A DNA stretch of 63,482 nucleotides, the filler included, from Folioceros fuciformis (lineage: Eukaryota), in NCBI GenBank assembly GCA_049999805.1. It is 6 parts of 6 records of this genome, joined end to end, with 100 filler letters (N's around TTAATTAATTAA, not from the genome) between each part and the next. Parts side by side here need not be neighbours in the genome. Positions count along the whole stretch, not along the records: positions 62,046 to 63,482 come from JBNGIO010005244.1; 5 more parts are not named here. One strand, written 5' to 3'. The notes under the pieces are model-generated. The model did not search any database. It worked only from the letters and a program-made list of their open reading frames with translations, and was not told the DNA's origin. The position numbers were made by a program, and so were the translations under genes. How positions within the stretch are numbered: position 1 is the first letter of the stretch; each line of letters opens with the position of its first letter. Positions 62,746 through 63,482 of the stretch are shown here, in pieces.

Positions 62746-63482
62746 CGCACTTGAGTTTGCTTCAGTCCAAGTAGTCCCCTGCATTTCTCAAACTTGAACT
62801 TACTCACTGCCTTGGTTAAGAAATCTGCAGCCATTTCCTCAGTGTTGCAATATTCAAAGGTAACCTCCAATAACTTCACCTTCTCACGTACAAAGTGATG
62901 TTGAATGTCAATATGCTTTGTCCTTGCATGATGCACTGGATTCTTGATCAAGGCCATACTTCCTTGACTATCGCTCCTAAGAGTGGTCGGATGCAATTGT
63001 TCATAACCAATCTCCTCCATGAGCTTTCTCAACCATACGGCCTCCTTGGTGGCTTGTGTGGATGCCATGTACTCAGCTTCAACTGTCGATATGGCCACCG
63101 TGGGTTGCTTCTTACTATTCCAGGTAATGGCACCTCCTCCTAAAATAAAAGTATATCCTGTAGTTGATCTTCTATCATCAAGATCACTTCCCCAATCGGA
63201 GTCACAATACCCAATAATATTATGGCATTTGATTCCACCCGAGAATTCCAACCACATATCACTTGTACCTCTCAAGTATCGCATGATCCTTTTCACCGCA
63301 ATCCAATGTTGCTTTCCAGGGCTTTGCATAAATTGGCTCACTACTCCCACTGCCTTTGCAATGTCTGGACGTGTTCCTACCATGGCATACATCAAACTTC
63401 CAACTGCTGCCCTATATGGGATGTTACTCATCTCATGCTCCTCCCCATCATTTGATGAGTAGTCAACCTTACACAACTTCAC
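62742..63482 (-). CDS. Ty1/copia RT C-terminus and RNase H (partial)
   Basis: YRAAVGSLMY..TRPDI, GYCDSDW, RRSTTGY, STVEAEY, RTKHIDI and ADFLTK. Confidence 0.96.
   Translation of the reverse strand: MKLCKVDYSSNDGEEHEMSNIPYRAAVGSLMYAMVGTRPDIAKAVGVVSQFMQSPGKQHWIAVKRIMRYLRGTSDMWLEFSGGIKCHNIIGYCDSDWGSDLDDRRSTTGYTFILGGGAITWNSKKQPTVAISTVEAEYMASTQATKEAVWLRKLMEEIGYEQLHPTTLRSDSQGSMALIKNPVHHARTKHIDIQHHFVREKVKLLEVTFEYCNTEEMAADFLTKAVSKFKFEKCRGLLGLKQTQVR

Overview
Eukaryotic land-plant nuclear DNA with short spliceosomal introns. The DYW:KP/DRH-type PPR editing factor points to a hornwort, or possibly a fern or lycophyte (inference). Intact or probable genes: a PADRE/DUF4228 protein, a secreted Gnk2/DUF26 protein, an alpha-glucan water dikinase, a SETD6/RKM3-like methyltransferase, a plastid ACR11/12-type ACT protein, a PLS-PPR with a DRH-type DYW domain, a divergent 4CL-like adenylation enzyme, a fungal-like multi-pass membrane protein and an nsLTP. 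There is also a DYW:KP PPR pseudogene. The rest is nested, mostly degenerate transposons (two L1-like LINEs, Ty1/copia and Ty3 pieces, PIF/Harbinger, MULE) and six assembly gaps. The best leads are the candidate U-to-C editing factor, a 4CL-like protein with substituted catalytic lysines, a possible fungal horizontal transfer, and a copia element with extra ORF(s) between the PBS and gag. All family calls come from motif recognition by eye; no database searches were run.
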